The position numbers and the translations under genes are program-made. A DNA stretch of 64,000 bases from Octopus sinensis (taxonomy: Eukaryota): the NCBI RefSeq assembly GCF_006345805.1, contig NC_043005.1:62434001-62498000 (forward strand), written 5' to 3'. Of the stretch, positions 12,025 through 25,449 are shown piece after piece. The notes beneath the pieces are model-generated. The model was given only the letters and a program-made list of their open reading frames with translations, had not been told where the DNA came from and did not search any database. Numbering within the stretch: position 1 is the first letter of the stretch; every line of letters begins with the position of its first letter.

Positions 12025-13433
12025 ATATAATTACTCACACACATGTGATATATATGTATATATATGTATATACATGCATACATGCAAGTGAATGTCAGGC
12101 TTCTGTGCTCTTTTCTTGTACTAAATTCACTCACAAGTCACTGGTTGGCCCATAGCTACAGTAGAAAACACTTGCATTTTGTGCTAGACAATGAAATAGA
12201 ACTACAGATAATGTATTTACAAAACAAACTCTGTATTAAGACAAGCATTGCCTGCACCTTATATAAACATCAATGGCCATCCTACTATAAGACTAATGAC
12301 ACATCAACTTAGTCATTCCATATTAGAAATTTAAAAAAGAAACATGTTTCAAGTTTTCTGCTAAGGATCCTTTTAATAAAAAGAAACATTAAATAAACAA
12401 CAAAATGAAGGACAAATGCTTCTGTAATCTGACATCATATTTTTGTTATTGTTATGTCATTTGGAATAAAAGCTATTAATAGATCTATGTTTATAAGGTC
12501 AAAAGTAAACTGACAATATGAATTCTGAACTTGGTTTGCCATATTGAAATAAATATATAGAATTCTGTCAAAGTGAGATAATGGAATTTGAAGTTGTATA
12601 ATAGTAAAACTGAATATTTATATTTGCCTCATTAGATTTTATTTTTCTATTTAGAGCAATAACATTCAAATACAAAGAAAACAAACAACAGATAGATAGG
12701 ATCAGAGAGGGAAAGAGTGACAAAAATTGAGAGAAAGAATAAGAGCAAGAGGGAGAGAATCAAACGAATTTTTTTATTTCTTATAATCAAAACATCTGTA
12801 GAATGTGTGTAAAAACAGAATTTATTCTATGAAATGAACTTCCACCAGGAAATTAACTACTACTGTAAAATATCTGCAATCTACACATTGTAACATTAAT
12901 TGCATTACATGGATGCAATAAACATAAAACTTTGTTGTAAAATCTCAAACTCATAAGAATTAATTTAGTAACCAGCTTATTCAATGACTTGACAGACCTT
13001 TCTTTAAAATGCAAAAATTCATTAGAATCCTTGTCAAGTAAAGAGTAATAAAACCATGGGAGAAGTACTTGGTCAAAACCAAATGACTAAAGTTTATATT
13101 TATTAACTTACAGATAACATATAACAACATGTCTGAATATTAAATTTTTCTGGCAATAAATTAAATTTTTTAAAAATAGCTAGTAAGAGGTATGCGCTGT
13201 TTGAAAAGGTTAACTGCATTAGATGTAATATTAAGTTTATTGAGATAATAAGGTAAATAAAAGCAAACAAAAGTGCTGACTTGCAATCTCATTCAGAAAT
13301 TTGCTCTACAGCAATGTTGTTCATGGTACTTTGGGCAAGTAGCAAGTATCTTTCTACTATAGTCTTAGGTTGACAAGTGTTTTGGGAATGGAAATAGATG
13401 GGAAAACTGTGAGGAAACCTCTGTGTGTATGCA

Positions 13434-13471
<38 letters not shown>

Positions 13472-13889
13472 TATGATTCATTCATTTTTATGTCTATTTT
13501 TCCAGGATAGCATGGGTTAGACAAATATATTTATTGAAGCATTGATTTACAGTTCAATGCCTTTCTAGTTGCTAACTCTTGCCTCTTTTCTACATAGAGA
13601 ATGTTGTATTCCACACATTATTGAAAGTGCAATACTAGCAGACAAACTTTTAAGAGGGGATAATGATGACAATATCCTGCCCTAAGTAATTTTCAAGGAA
13701 GCACAAATATGAACATGATGTTGACAAAGCACATATGTATGTGCATGCATACACACATGCACACACACACATGCACGCATGCACATACAATGGACTTCTT
13801 TTAGTTTCTGTCACTCAAATGCATTCAGAAGGCTTTTGTCAACCCAGGGTTATAATAGAAAAGATTTGTCCAAAGTATGTATATATTGT

Positions 13890-14317
13890 CATCATCATCA
13901 TCATCATCATTTAATGACCACTTTCCATGCTGGCATGTGTTGGACAGTTTGACTGAAGGCTGGTGAGCCAGAATGCTGCACCAGTCTCCAGTCTGATTTG
14001 GCAAAGTTTCTACAGCTGGATGCCCTTCCTAATGCCAACCACTCTGAGAGTGTAGTGGGTACTTTTATGTGCCGCTGGCATGAGGGCCAGTCAGATGGTA
14101 CTGGCATCAGCCATGCTCAAATGGTACTTTTTACATGCCACCTGCATAGGAGCCAGTCCAGTGGCACTGGCAATGACCATGCCTGAATGGTGCTTTTTTA
14201 TGTGCCACCAGCATGGGAGCCAGTCAGAGGCCCTGGCAACGATCATGTTTAAATGGTGCTTTTAACGTTCCACTGGCACGGGTGCCAATCAGGCGGTACT
14301 GTCATCAGCCATGACTG
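13890..14317 (-). mobile_element. Family C (RTE-tail) element carrying a 65-66-bp minisatellite
   Basis: (CAT)n..CCATGCTGGCATG..CTACAGCTGGATGCCCTTCCTAA is the reverse complement of the family C tail; units start at 14058, 14123, 14189 and 14255. Confidence 0.75.
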
Positions 14318-14352
14318 TAATGTATGTATGTGCTTGTGTGTTTATACCTTCA

Positions 14353-14386
<34 letters not shown>

Positions 14387-15289
14387 CATGCATGTTTGTT
14401 TATATTTGCAGTTCCCTGAAAATTCTGTGTAAAACACACACACATTGCCAATGTATATTGACAAAATATATATTGTGGGAAAACCAATAACCTGGTGCTT
14501 CTGAATCAAATTCTTCATGATATTTGTGTTCTATTTGAGTTACATAGGCAATACCTTACTGTACTTAACTATTGGAAACTTATTACTAATGATGCTATTA
14601 TTTCCAAAACACTGTACATATAAATTAATGTTAACTCTCTTTGCAAATTCCACTCAATATTGTTTAGACTAAGATCAACCCTGATCCAGCAAATCTATGA
14701 TCACAGCTATTTCTGCCATGGCCATCCTGACATACATTAGAGACTACATTATGAAATATTTCCTTCAGCTTTTACCTATTAATTTTTCTTTTCCTTTGTA
14801 AGAATGGCAAGGTATGATTTTAGAATTATTTGGCTGCAATTTCTAGCAACTTAACTTAAATGATTCTGTATAGTATCTCCCGCTGACTTTAGTGCAAAAA
14901 TGGGTTGTGAACAAACTATTTCACATTACATTACTAATAAAATGGATGAGAAAAACCTTTCAATAACATAGATATAAATGAATGAGGTAAGAATGTATAC
15001 AACAAAAATAACATGATATCTATGTATCATTATAAAAGCTGTACAAAATGAAGAGCTTGAGAGAAGTGGAGGAAAAGTATAAATTTTTTCCATGTATTCA
15101 AACAATGATTGAAATATTTTGGATATGAATTACCCCCACCCCATCTTACTCTAGCTATAACTATTTCACACCTGGTTATGTTTCTCATAATAACTGAATG
15201 TTTGGCAACTGAGAAGTAAAGGGAAAGAACTTATTGATCTTTAGAAAATAAAATAAAAATTGAGTTGGCTTTTCAACAAAATTGACTAA

Positions 15290-15474
15290 GTGGCATCAAA
15301 ATGCCTTTTGATTAGCCATTTTGTTACCATAATTGTATAGAAATACAATGTCATAGTTTCAATTGATTTTTAAGATAATGAAGAGTTTAGGAAAATAACT
15401 TTGTCATTATTAATCTGGTGTTTCAAACTTAAATTAACATGAAATTATGATAGATGGTTTTAGTTAAGATTATT
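15290..15474 (+). mobile_element. piggyBac-like MITE (second family), partial
   Basis: TTTTGTTACCATA..TCAATT..AGA.TTTAG.AAAAT.ACT.TCATTATTAA.CTGGTGTTT shared with 33821-34045. Confidence 0.55.
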
Positions 15475-16140
15475 TTAACCCTTTTGCATTTAAATTGGCC
15501 AGATCAGGCCAAAGATTCTTTCTGTTTTATGTTCAAACAGGCCAGATCAAGCCTCTTACACATACCCTAAAATGCCTGTCTAAAAGTAAACAATCACATT
15601 ATCAAAATCTCAAACCTATGAGATAATCCTTGGTTAATTTATAAAATGTGAATAAATAAATTTATAAATGTGAATAGGCGCAGGAGTGGCTGTGTGGTAA
15701 GTAGCTTGTCTACCAACCACATGGTTCCGGGTTCAGTCCCACTGCGTGGCACCTTGGGCAAGTGTCTTCTACTATAGCCTCGGGCCGACCAAAGCTTTGT
15801 GAGTGAATTTGGTAGACGGAAACTGAAAGAAGCACGTCGTATATATGTATGTATATATATATATATATATATGCGTGTGTGTGTTTGTGTGTCTGTGTTT
15901 GTCCCCTAGCATTGCTTGACAACCGATGCTGGTGTGTTTATGTCCCCGTTACTTAGCGGTTCGGCAAAAGAGACCGATAGAATAAGTACTGGGCTTACAA
16001 AAGAATAAGTCCCGGGGTCGAGTTGCTCGATTAAAGGCGGTGCTCCAGCATGGCCGCAGTCAAATGACTGAAACAAGTAAAAGAGTAAAGAGTAAATAAG
16101 CACTATGTTTGGCAGAGTAATTTCAATGTTAAAGGATTCA
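15475..16140. mobile_element. piggyBac-like MITE split by a SINE A insertion
   Basis: TTAA-CCCT at 15475; MITE-like sequence resumes after the SINE (16093-16140) and ends AAAGGATTCA; homologous to 6966-7169 in reverse orientation. Confidence 0.55.
15676..16092 (+). mobile_element. Full-length, CpG-rich (young) SINE family A
   Basis: A box TGGCTGTGTGG, B box GGTTCAGTCCC, core CCTTGGGCAAGTGTCTT, internal (TA)n(TG)n, tail AAGTAAAAGAGTAAAGAG. Confidence 0.92.
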
Positions 16141-19100
16141 AACACAAGGTTTGTATCATAGAACCAGGTCGGTATGCAGTCTGGTATCAAAACAGTGAAC
16201 TCTTTATGTTCTGTGTACATTTTGCAACAAAGTTGACTATGCCTTTCATTGTTTCAGTGTGATAGAATGAGCTATTATCATATGTCATTAACTCAGTGAG
16301 ACTGAATATAAACTTTTGAAGATGGTGCCCTTGTATGGCTGCAGCTAAATTACTAGAACCAGTAAAAATATAAAAGGCTTCCTTTGGTAGTGTAAGTTTC
16401 AACACACATTTTAAGTGGGCTGAAAATAATGTAAACATGAATATTGTATAATGAAAATGTCAAATGTTTAAATAACTGCTCATTGTCATTTTAATATCAA
16501 AACATAGACTAAGTTTCAGAACAGATAGCTAACAAACAATATGTGATATTGTACTTGAATTAAAAGTCGTTATAAATTTTGATACTGTTGTAGAAATGAA
16601 AGCACCATCTTTGGATTCAATTATACTAATGTATGGAAACTGTATCTGTTTATTTCATCGTGAAGATTTCATTGAATTGTGATTTGTACCTCTTAAATGA
16701 AAACAAATTCTTCTTTCATTTGAAATTTGGAGAAGATATTGCAAATGAAAGGTGGTAAACTGTCTAAATTAATAAGATTTGTTTAGATTAGCTGAATAAA
16801 AAAATTGCTCACTTGTAGACACCATGGAGAGAAAACTGAAGTGGTATAAATATGTGAGGAGTGATATATGATTAGAATTATAAGGAAATGTAATCATGAT
16901 AAGCAAAATAGAAGTTGAATGGATGAAAATTAAAATAAAGTGGCTATAACTCACTTAGAAGGAATAATGCTAAATAGACAAAATTAAAAATAGATTTAGA
17001 AAGAATAAGAAAGTCTTGTAAAAGGGCAATTATTTAACTTTGGAATAAATGGAATAAATGATAGGTGGGTCTGTTCTAATGGATAATTTAAAATAAAGAA
17101 TAAGTTCAATGAACTTCAAGCCAAAGAAAATGAGTTTCTTCTTTTCTACTGCTTAAATAGAAATCACAAACTATTTTTAGCATAGAAAGATGAGAGGCAT
17201 TATAAATAGGCCTTTAATGATATCTCAAATTGTTTAATCTTGTGTAAATATTTGATTTGTTTGCTCAATACCACTTTGTTGTTTCTTTCGAGCTGGTATG
17301 AATTGTTATATTACCAACACTATAACAGCAATATGAACACTATCAAAACCATCAACAACATTAACTTTATTAGTACTGATGATGATACACAAAATTAAGA
17401 TGTTTGTTTTTTGAAGTGTTACAGTTAATTAACACTTCTAAGCTGTGGAATTGTAGCAGAAGCCAAATAATTTTATACACTTTTGTAATAGCATCATATT
17501 TGTTTCTTAAGACTTCCCTGCTATAATTATAGCTATATTGTCTGCAATAATGAGTTGGCAGCTTTTTCTAATTGAACAATTAGTATCAAAAACCATACCA
17601 TTAAAATTATGACGGACATAATAATGAGCAATTTTGATAACTATAAACTTTGAAGCTCAACAGCCAATACATTTGAACATTCTTTTAGTAACTTAGTGTC
17701 AATGAGTACAGGTAATGGAGATCAGAGGATACAAGAAAAATAGCTGCTGGTGTTTACAGTTTTTCACTAGCATTGTTTTGTCTTCATAGCATTCAAAACA
17801 CTTACATTCAACAACTGGGTTCTGCTAACACTACATCACATGCATTACTGCTATTAACAGGGACTGCACTGGAAAATGGATGTTTTAGTTAACTTGCAGT
17901 GTTGGGTTCAATTCTAGTGATAAAATCTAATACAATAGAGCTGTATTCTGTGTAATAAGAGAATTATTTCTCATCCACTTAATACTAGAGAAACTCAACA
18001 AAGCAGTGGCTTTGTGTTCCAATCGTTAAAAAAAATTATTACCACTAGAAATGCCTTATATTGTTCACACCTGAATGGAAAAATGTTAAATCAATGCTAA
18101 AATAGGCTGGTAATTATTAATCTATACCTTAAGGTCAATAACCATATATCTACAGGTGAGAACATCAAAAGTATTAATTAAATAGAAGTGGATCTAGAAT
18201 ATTAGAGCACCACTGACTACATCTAATTTCAGCTGGATCTTTCACTGGCTCAATGATAAGTGGCTCCCAGAGGCTTTACCTTGCTTTAATATCATTGGAG
18301 CTTATTCTTGCTTTAATGATGTATGCATGAGGGACATGTCACACTATAGATAGGAATATTAATAGTAAACCAAAGAAGTCATCCATTGGAATATTTTAGT
18401 TCAAGTTTGGAAGCTATAAAATAATCATTAATTATACACACCTGACAGCTGTAAGCTGTACTTTTTGCCTGATATCAACCAACAATTAAGTAGATCAGCA
18501 TAATGGGTTGGATATTCTTTCCAAGGACACAGCACAGTGCCAGTTGCAATTTATATGGCAAACTCTTCTACACTAGACCACCAGTATTGTATAATTCAGA
18601 CAAGCTGTTATTGTGATATTCTAATGTAGATAATAATGAGAGTAAACTATTGACAGAGTTGATTCTCAATTGGATATACATATAGGCATTCTCTTTTAGT
18701 TGCTTGTTTTTTTTTATGTTATTTTTATCATTTTTTTGTCCAAAATCAATATTTAGTTACCAAATAAAGAGGAAAAGGAATAGGAAAAGAAATCTTCTGC
18801 ATCAACTGAACAAGAATTAAACTTTATTCTAATAGATGATGACTAAACTTTTGACACAATCTTTCTGCAGGCTTGCTGTTACTAAACTTGATGATTGCAT
18901 TATTAACAAAATAAAACACTTTTTTTCTTTTTGATATTTCAAATATTTTTTCTTTTCTTTCTTTTTTTAAAGTGTTTCTTAATTGTTGGTGTTGATAGCT
19001 ATAAAGTCTTAAATTTAGTATTATAGAACATTTCTTATCTGCAAGTTTCTAATTTGGTTATGTAATTATTGTTATTCTTTCTGAAAAGAGTGACTGAACA

Positions 19101-20503
19101 ATATCTTAGTTTATCTCTGCTGACACAGTGAGATATTCAGCAAACATTGAATCATCTACAAGCAATGACAATAGAATACAAGGAACCAAACACAAATCAA
19201 ATTATGTAGAAATGAAAAGAATACAATGGGCAAACGTGGAGAAAAAATAGTGTTGAAATAAATCTTTTGCAAAAAACAAAATAAATAAAAAAAATTATAT
19301 CCATGTGAGAAACTTAAATGTTCAGAACAAATATTCATTGAAGGTTGTAGTAAAAGATTTATAAATGGAAAGATTAACAAAAACAGGTTATAACTATGTA
19401 ATTTAAGGATATTTTGGTGATCTAGTTATCAGTTATGCCTGTTGCATATGATTTATATCTCATAATATTAATTGATCTGTTGTTTTGATTTCATGTATAT
19501 TTTCTGTATCATAATGGGTAATACTAAGTTTTACCAACTGAATTCAAGTGAAGCAATTTATTTTACATGCAAGTAGACATGTGTGTTTGTAATGTCTGCA
19601 TGTTCCAATTAAATATTTACTCTTCTTAATAGCTGTTAGGGGTGCTTCCATCCATTGTTTTTCTATACTAGCATAAATGAGTAGGTTCTTGTTAAAGCAA
19701 TAAATTTTGTTAATGGATGCTTTCTCCATTCCCCAAAAACAGTAAAATCAAGGTTAAATCTGAATCTGTTTTGGTGAGAAGCACTGGTATATAGCAGAAG
19801 CTCAATACAAAATGTATTACATGTTGTAAAGTTACAACACAGAAAAGCCATATGGTAAATAGATCACTTTTACTACAGTGCCATTGCATACAAATGTTTT
19901 AAGAATTTATAAAACACACTAGCATTTCCAGTTCAGATAAAATTCATGATCATAAACAAACTCAATGAAGCAGAAACTATAAGTAAACAATAAAATTTCT
20001 TATGTTCTCCCATTAAATTTGATATATATCAAGTAACTTCATCTAATAATGAAATAAACAGAATAGCTCATTAAATGGTTTATAAAATGGTTTCTACATA
20101 ACTGAGAAAGGTTATTTACCATGTTCTTTTAAATGGTAATGCAATCAATCTTTTATTCTTTAATCTCTGCCTGTTAGATATCGACAAAGTAACAAATCAT
20201 ATCATTAGGTGTTTGAGCCATGCTGCAGCCATTTTTGAATATTCTACAAGCCACATAATTCTACTTTCCTCAGTGTGTGTAATTGAAATAAACAAATTAC
20301 AACCTTATTTAGGAAACCAACTGTTCCATCATAAGACCATAACTCTTAGGCTAATTTAGAAAAATGGATATAAAACAGCAAAATATTTCATAAGGTTTTC
20401 CCCTCATGAAGTAGCCAATTTCTTAAATTTGTTTATGTGGAAACATATCTAGTAAATTTTAAAGCATCAAATATTCTTATGCAATTTTTCATACTATTTA
20501 CCC

Positions 20504-21513
20504 GGAATCACGGTTTTAGAAAACCTTAAATTTATTGCTGATTATATGGGGTTTCTAATAGTGTTCCATTGCTTTGGCAGATGTTATCCATAAAGAAGTC
20601 AGACTTTTGCATTTGTATGAGTTTAAACTAGGTAAAAATTCATCTCAAGCTGTCAAGAATATCAATGTTGCATTTAGGATGGAAACTTACACTGCAAAAA
20701 TAAGAAGATTGTGCAATAAATTTAGATTTGGAAACAGGTACCTGAATGTAGAACCCCATGGATATTAGTAAAGTGAAAAAGATGGATAAATTTGTTCCAT
20801 CTGCAAATAAGATGTGTCAGTTGACAGTCTCTTTTTTGAAAAGAATAATCATCTGTGATAATAAATGAGCCCTTTATGACAATAGTAAAATATCTAAGCA
20901 ATGACAAGATGCTGAAGAGTTGCCTGAAGATATTTCAAAACTCCTTTTATACCCACGAAATATTATTGTCACTGTTTGTTGGTACTGTCAAGGAATCATC
21001 CATTATTTGTTTCTGCAACCAAAATAAACAGTAACATCCCAATTCTATCGACAGCAAATTGAGGAAATGAATCTCAAATTAGTCAGGCAAGATCTAACAT
21101 TGATAAGCAGACAAGAGCCTATACTCTTGGATGACAATGCCATATGTCACATTGTAAATCAGACCAAAACAAAGTTGCAGCAGTTTAATTAAGAAATACT
21201 GGATCATCCTATATATTCTCTAAACTTTTCACCAAGAGACTATCATTTATTTCCTCATATTGAGTTTTTCACCCATGACAAAAAATTTGCAAACAGATAA
21301 GAAGCAGTGACAGCATATTAACAATTTATGGCTTCAAAAACAATAATTTTTTGTCAAATAAGGAATGTATAGTTTCCTAAGGCAATGGAAAAAGTTATTG
21401 ATAGTTAATAGGTTCATATATTTTAATGTAATACTGATAACTATCTTAATATGTAATGCATGATTACATTTTAAAGAGAAAACACATATTTTCACTGAGA
21501 AAACCGATTCAAG
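20504..21513 (+). mobile_element. Decayed mariner transposon (D,D34D transposase pseudogene, about 20574-21420)
   Basis: LLHLYEFKLGKNSSQAVKNINVAF (mariner HTH), KVKKMDKFVP (cf. WVPHEL), RIIICDNK*ALYDN, ILLDDNA then 34 residues to FSPRDYHLF; internal stops; possible decayed TIRs GGAATCACGGTTTT (20504) / AAAACCGATTCA (about 21500). Confidence 0.85.
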
Positions 21514-23252
21514 TTCTAGTGCTTGTTTGCCTTTTACTAGCATAAGATAATTTTTGATTAAGAAATCATATGAATATATGAGTATATAACGCTTCTCATG
21601 TTGCACAGGCAAACTGACTATATATTTATATAACCAATGGAGAATACATGAATATTTTAATCTATTTTCTCATCAGTGTTTCTTTTTACATTAATCTCTA
21701 CTATGTTCTTACATCTAAAAATATTTCTCTTTCTAACATGCATCTCTGCTAACCATTTTGTAGCCTAATGTGTTTGCAAATAAATATAGCTAGTATTTGA
21801 ATAAATTTATATCCCTTAAGTTAAACAGGATTAAATATCATGGTAGGGATACAGCACGATGCTGTTTTGGTAGGAATACACAAGCCAAAAGTATGATAGT
21901 TTTTCCTTTGAACTACTTTACTATACAAATGAATATAGATTTCCTCAAGACCAAGTTGAATGGTCTTATATCCAAAAATGATTTTAAAACTAGAAGTTGC
22001 ATACATTCAAGACTTCTTCAAGTGTGTAAAAAATATAGATGAAATCAACTTTCATCAGTTAGAAACTGAATGCAGATTATGATCTTGCTTTGCCAAGATT
22101 TTATTCATTTGCTCTATCACACTTATCACACAATTACAATGAAATATTAATAACAACATAGCTTACTAGTCAAGTATTGGATCAAATGTGAAACCTTGTG
22201 CTTATATTAGAAAAATCTCTAAGACTGAAAAATATGTAGGGGATGCACTTAAGTGATATATTCTGGTGCTAGGATCTACAATCAACTTTACTGGGTTGAA
22301 ACCTTGTAGTTGGATTTTACAATAACTTCTATAATTCATAAGATACAACTTGATGATTTGAATGGTATAAAGTGAATAAGCTTGAGCATACAAAGGAAAA
22401 AATTGTGTGCTGATGGTTGAATTTGCAGATTTATATAACACTTAGAAGTGTAGGAGAATTCAGTTCAATAGGAAAATTATTATTTTTTTTGTATACTTTT
22501 ACTATTTTATAACCACCTTTCTTTATTTGCATGGATGGGATGGTTTTGTTGAAGCAATTGCCTTTTCAGCTAGATGCTCCTTTTAGCATTACTCACTCAG
22601 CCATTAAGTATGAATGGAAACAGTTTTTTTGTCATTTAAGCAAACTGGAGCAAGCCTTGTTCAGAACCACAACAGAATCATAACTTCACTGCCTGTCCAA
22701 TAAAAATTAATAATATAAAGGGGATTTGGATTCTAATTGAACACAATATAGAATGGTTTCAACTATTCAAACAAATATTGAATTATTATGGGCATAAACT
22801 GTTGACAAGATAGCATGACATATTCCTTTATTCTTTTGCTACTTTTAGTCATTGGACCATAGTTATGTTGCAATGAATTAAAAAAAAAGTATTTTTGAAT
22901 AACCGTAAAAAATAATCCTTTGTAGCATTTCACGTACATTTCTCTATGTTCTTTGGCATGGAATAGTTATAAATAATCAGACAGTTGTATTAATTCTGAA
23001 GCAAATATCTTATAGCTCAATCCTATTCACTCATCATACCATTCTATTAGTCAAATATTCAGAGTTACTAATTTGCAGTGAGGAAATAAATGTAGAAGCA
23101 ATGTGGTCAAGTGGACATGGGGCTGTACAACCAGCTCAGATCCACTGCAGGCATACCTTAGAATACACATACATGTATGTATATATAAGTGTGTATGTGT
23201 AGGTGTATATATACATGTGTATACACATATGCATGTATGTAGGTATATATCA

Positions 23253-23620
23253 TTTACCTTTTACTTGTTTCAGTCATTAGACTGCTACACTGCTTTCAAG
23301 AAATTTTAGTTGAATCTATCAACTCCTATACTTATTTTTAAAAGCCTGGTATTTATTCTATTGGTTTCTTTTTGCTGAATGACTAAGTTAAAGGGATGTA
23401 AATGCACCAGCACCAGTTGTCAAACAGTGATGGGAGGACAAACACAGACACAAAGACACACACACACACACACACAACAGGCTTCTTTCAGTTTCTGTTT
23501 ACCAAATCGACTCCCAAGGTTTGGCTGACCTGAGGCTACTGCGGTCCATTGCTGATCAAATCCTTGAGTGTGGATTTGATATATGAAAACTGAAAGAAAT
23601 CTGTCATACATATATATAGA
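23253..23620 (-). mobile_element. SINE family A (minus strand) joined to an inverted plus-strand fragment of the same family
   Basis: Minus-strand tail and core at 23253-23540; plus-strand TGTGGATTTGAT..GAAAACTGAAAGAAA at about 23550-23610. Confidence 0.7.
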
Positions 23621-23659
23621 TATAAGTGTGTGTGCTTTTAAAATAATTTTTGTCATTTT

Positions 23660-24408
23660 GTCTTGATGTCATGCAATAGGTGTGAAATGGCCATCATTGT
23701 CATACAAGCAGTGTTCTTTGTTTCTAGTCTTCTGTGAAAACATGTGTGGACATGGAGGAATGGCTTGGAAACAGATAAGAGTTATGGATCCAACCATAAA
23801 AAATCTGTCCCAACAAATTCTGTCTGCCCCATGGGAATATGGAAAAATAGATATTAAAATGCTGCTGGTGATTCAGGGATGATAAATGAACTAAAATAAT
23901 TGTGAAGTCTTTAAACAATACAGCAATAGCAATGCCCCTGATGGCACAGATGATGCATTATTTAATGACAGTAATATCAGTAGAGATACCAGCAATAATG
24001 ATGATGATTTTATAGGATCAGATGATAAGGATTTTCCTGACTTTGAAGATGATTAAAGTTTTTGTTACTGTGTTTTCGTTTAGGTTTAACTGTGGTGGAA
24101 GCTTGCTTTTTATAAAATTTATTCTGCTTTGTTTTTTCTTGCACATTTTACTACTGTAATAATGTAAGGATATTTCCACTATCGTGGGTTTTTTTTCTTT
24201 ATGTTCAGCTGTACAGCTAACTTACTTTTTATATACAGTAATGTATTCTGCTATAGCTAAGGTACTTTTATAATGTTTACTAATGTACTGCTAGATTGCT
24301 TTAAATATTACATGCTTTAATGCACTAAAAACATTTTTTCATGAAAATGTGCTGTTGAAATTGGGGAGCAACTAATATACCCATGTGTCTTCTATACTAT
24401 CAGATATA
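23660..24408 (+). mobile_element. pogo/Tigger-like DNA transposon, 3' relic
   Basis: IVKSLNNT/KQYSNSNAPDGTDDALFNDS..DDDFIGSDDKDFPDFEDD* (cf. KSFKKCGISNALDGTEDD plus acidic tail; stop 24054-56); 3' end GGGGAGCAACTAATATACCCATGTGTCTTCTATAC resembles the subterminal repeats of this group. Confidence 0.65.
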
Positions 24409-24409
24409 A

Positions 24410-24459
<50 letters not shown>

Positions 24460-24714
24460 GAAGAATACATAAAACAGTTCTGTCTTAAAAAAAACAAAAG
24501 AATAGAGAGAAATTTTGTAACTGAAAATCATACAACTGCTTTAAAAGCATATGTAGCAAAAGAAAGCATTGATATTAATTACTCAAAGATCCTACCAACA
24601 TGAAAACTCAATGGGTAGGTAAGGCTGGACATATTTAATGTAGTATATAAAATAAATTAATTACAAATACTCATGTAGTAAGTATGAAAGGCAACGCCAG
24701 ACTTATTTTTTAAT

Positions 24715-25345
24715 TTTCTTTTGCTTTCAGCATATGGGGGAAGGAGCAGTGCCTATGACATTTGAAAGCCCTCTGAGACCAGTGAGATTGATGCCATTAA
24801 TGTTCCAGTTGAATTGTTGCAAGTCGACACCTACAGGAAAGACATGGGCCAGCAGACAGTTCTCAGATGGCTTGAGGGTTGATGTTTTGGGAAAGAACGA
24901 TTGAGCATAGATGTTAGCATGAGGATTAGGGATTTGGGCATAGGATGGGTAGTCAGAAAAGTAGAGACATATGAGTTAGGAATGCCTGAGTGAAAGTAGA
25001 ATGTAGTCAACCTTCTTTAATGAGCAGTGACTAGTATAGTAGTGATAAAAAAGACAGAAAGAGGAGAGAGCATGACTGTGGGCCAGAAGCTGAAATTTAT
25101 GTCACTCAATCAAATGGTTTTACTCTGAATGCAGTCAAGGATGTCTATGTCAGCACCACCCCAGATTCAAGAGTAATATTGTGTTGTGGTCTTCTCTTGA
25201 GCTTTGTAGAGTGTCAGTAATGGTTGGTGCCTGAAGTATTTCCTAGCCCTAAAAAAAGGGGATTTTGTGATGCAGTTCTATCAATTTTAAAGGTTGTGTT
25301 TTAACCAGAAGAGATCCTTAGTGATAATGAAGCCTAACATTTAGA
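24715..25345 (-). mobile_element. Decayed 3' end of an L2/CR1-group LINE
   Basis: Minus strand gives RARKYF..LLTLYKAQ..YS*IWGGA..ILDCIQSKTI and FPKTSTL..LLAHVFPVGVDLQQF; A-rich tail near 24715. Confidence 0.75.
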
Positions 25346-25449
25346 GTGGCTCTGAGGGCTTTAATTTACATACTGTTCATGTTTACAGAGGGTCCAGTGC
25401 AATAATATATTTTCTTGATATGAGCAACACTTGTGTTTATCTTTGTTTT

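Noticed and set aside
14058-14317. CRISPR-like appearance of the 65-bp and 26-bp arrays
   Set aside because: Whole units are homologous with no unique spacers, there are no cas genes, and the context is eukaryotic retroelements
18220-18330. Plus-strand exon-like island (WIFHWLNDKWLPEALPCFNIIGAYSCFND); similar islands near 22550, 26400, 32940, 33530 and 56260
   Set aside because: Plausible splice dinucleotides, but no consistent multi-exon frame and no recognised protein
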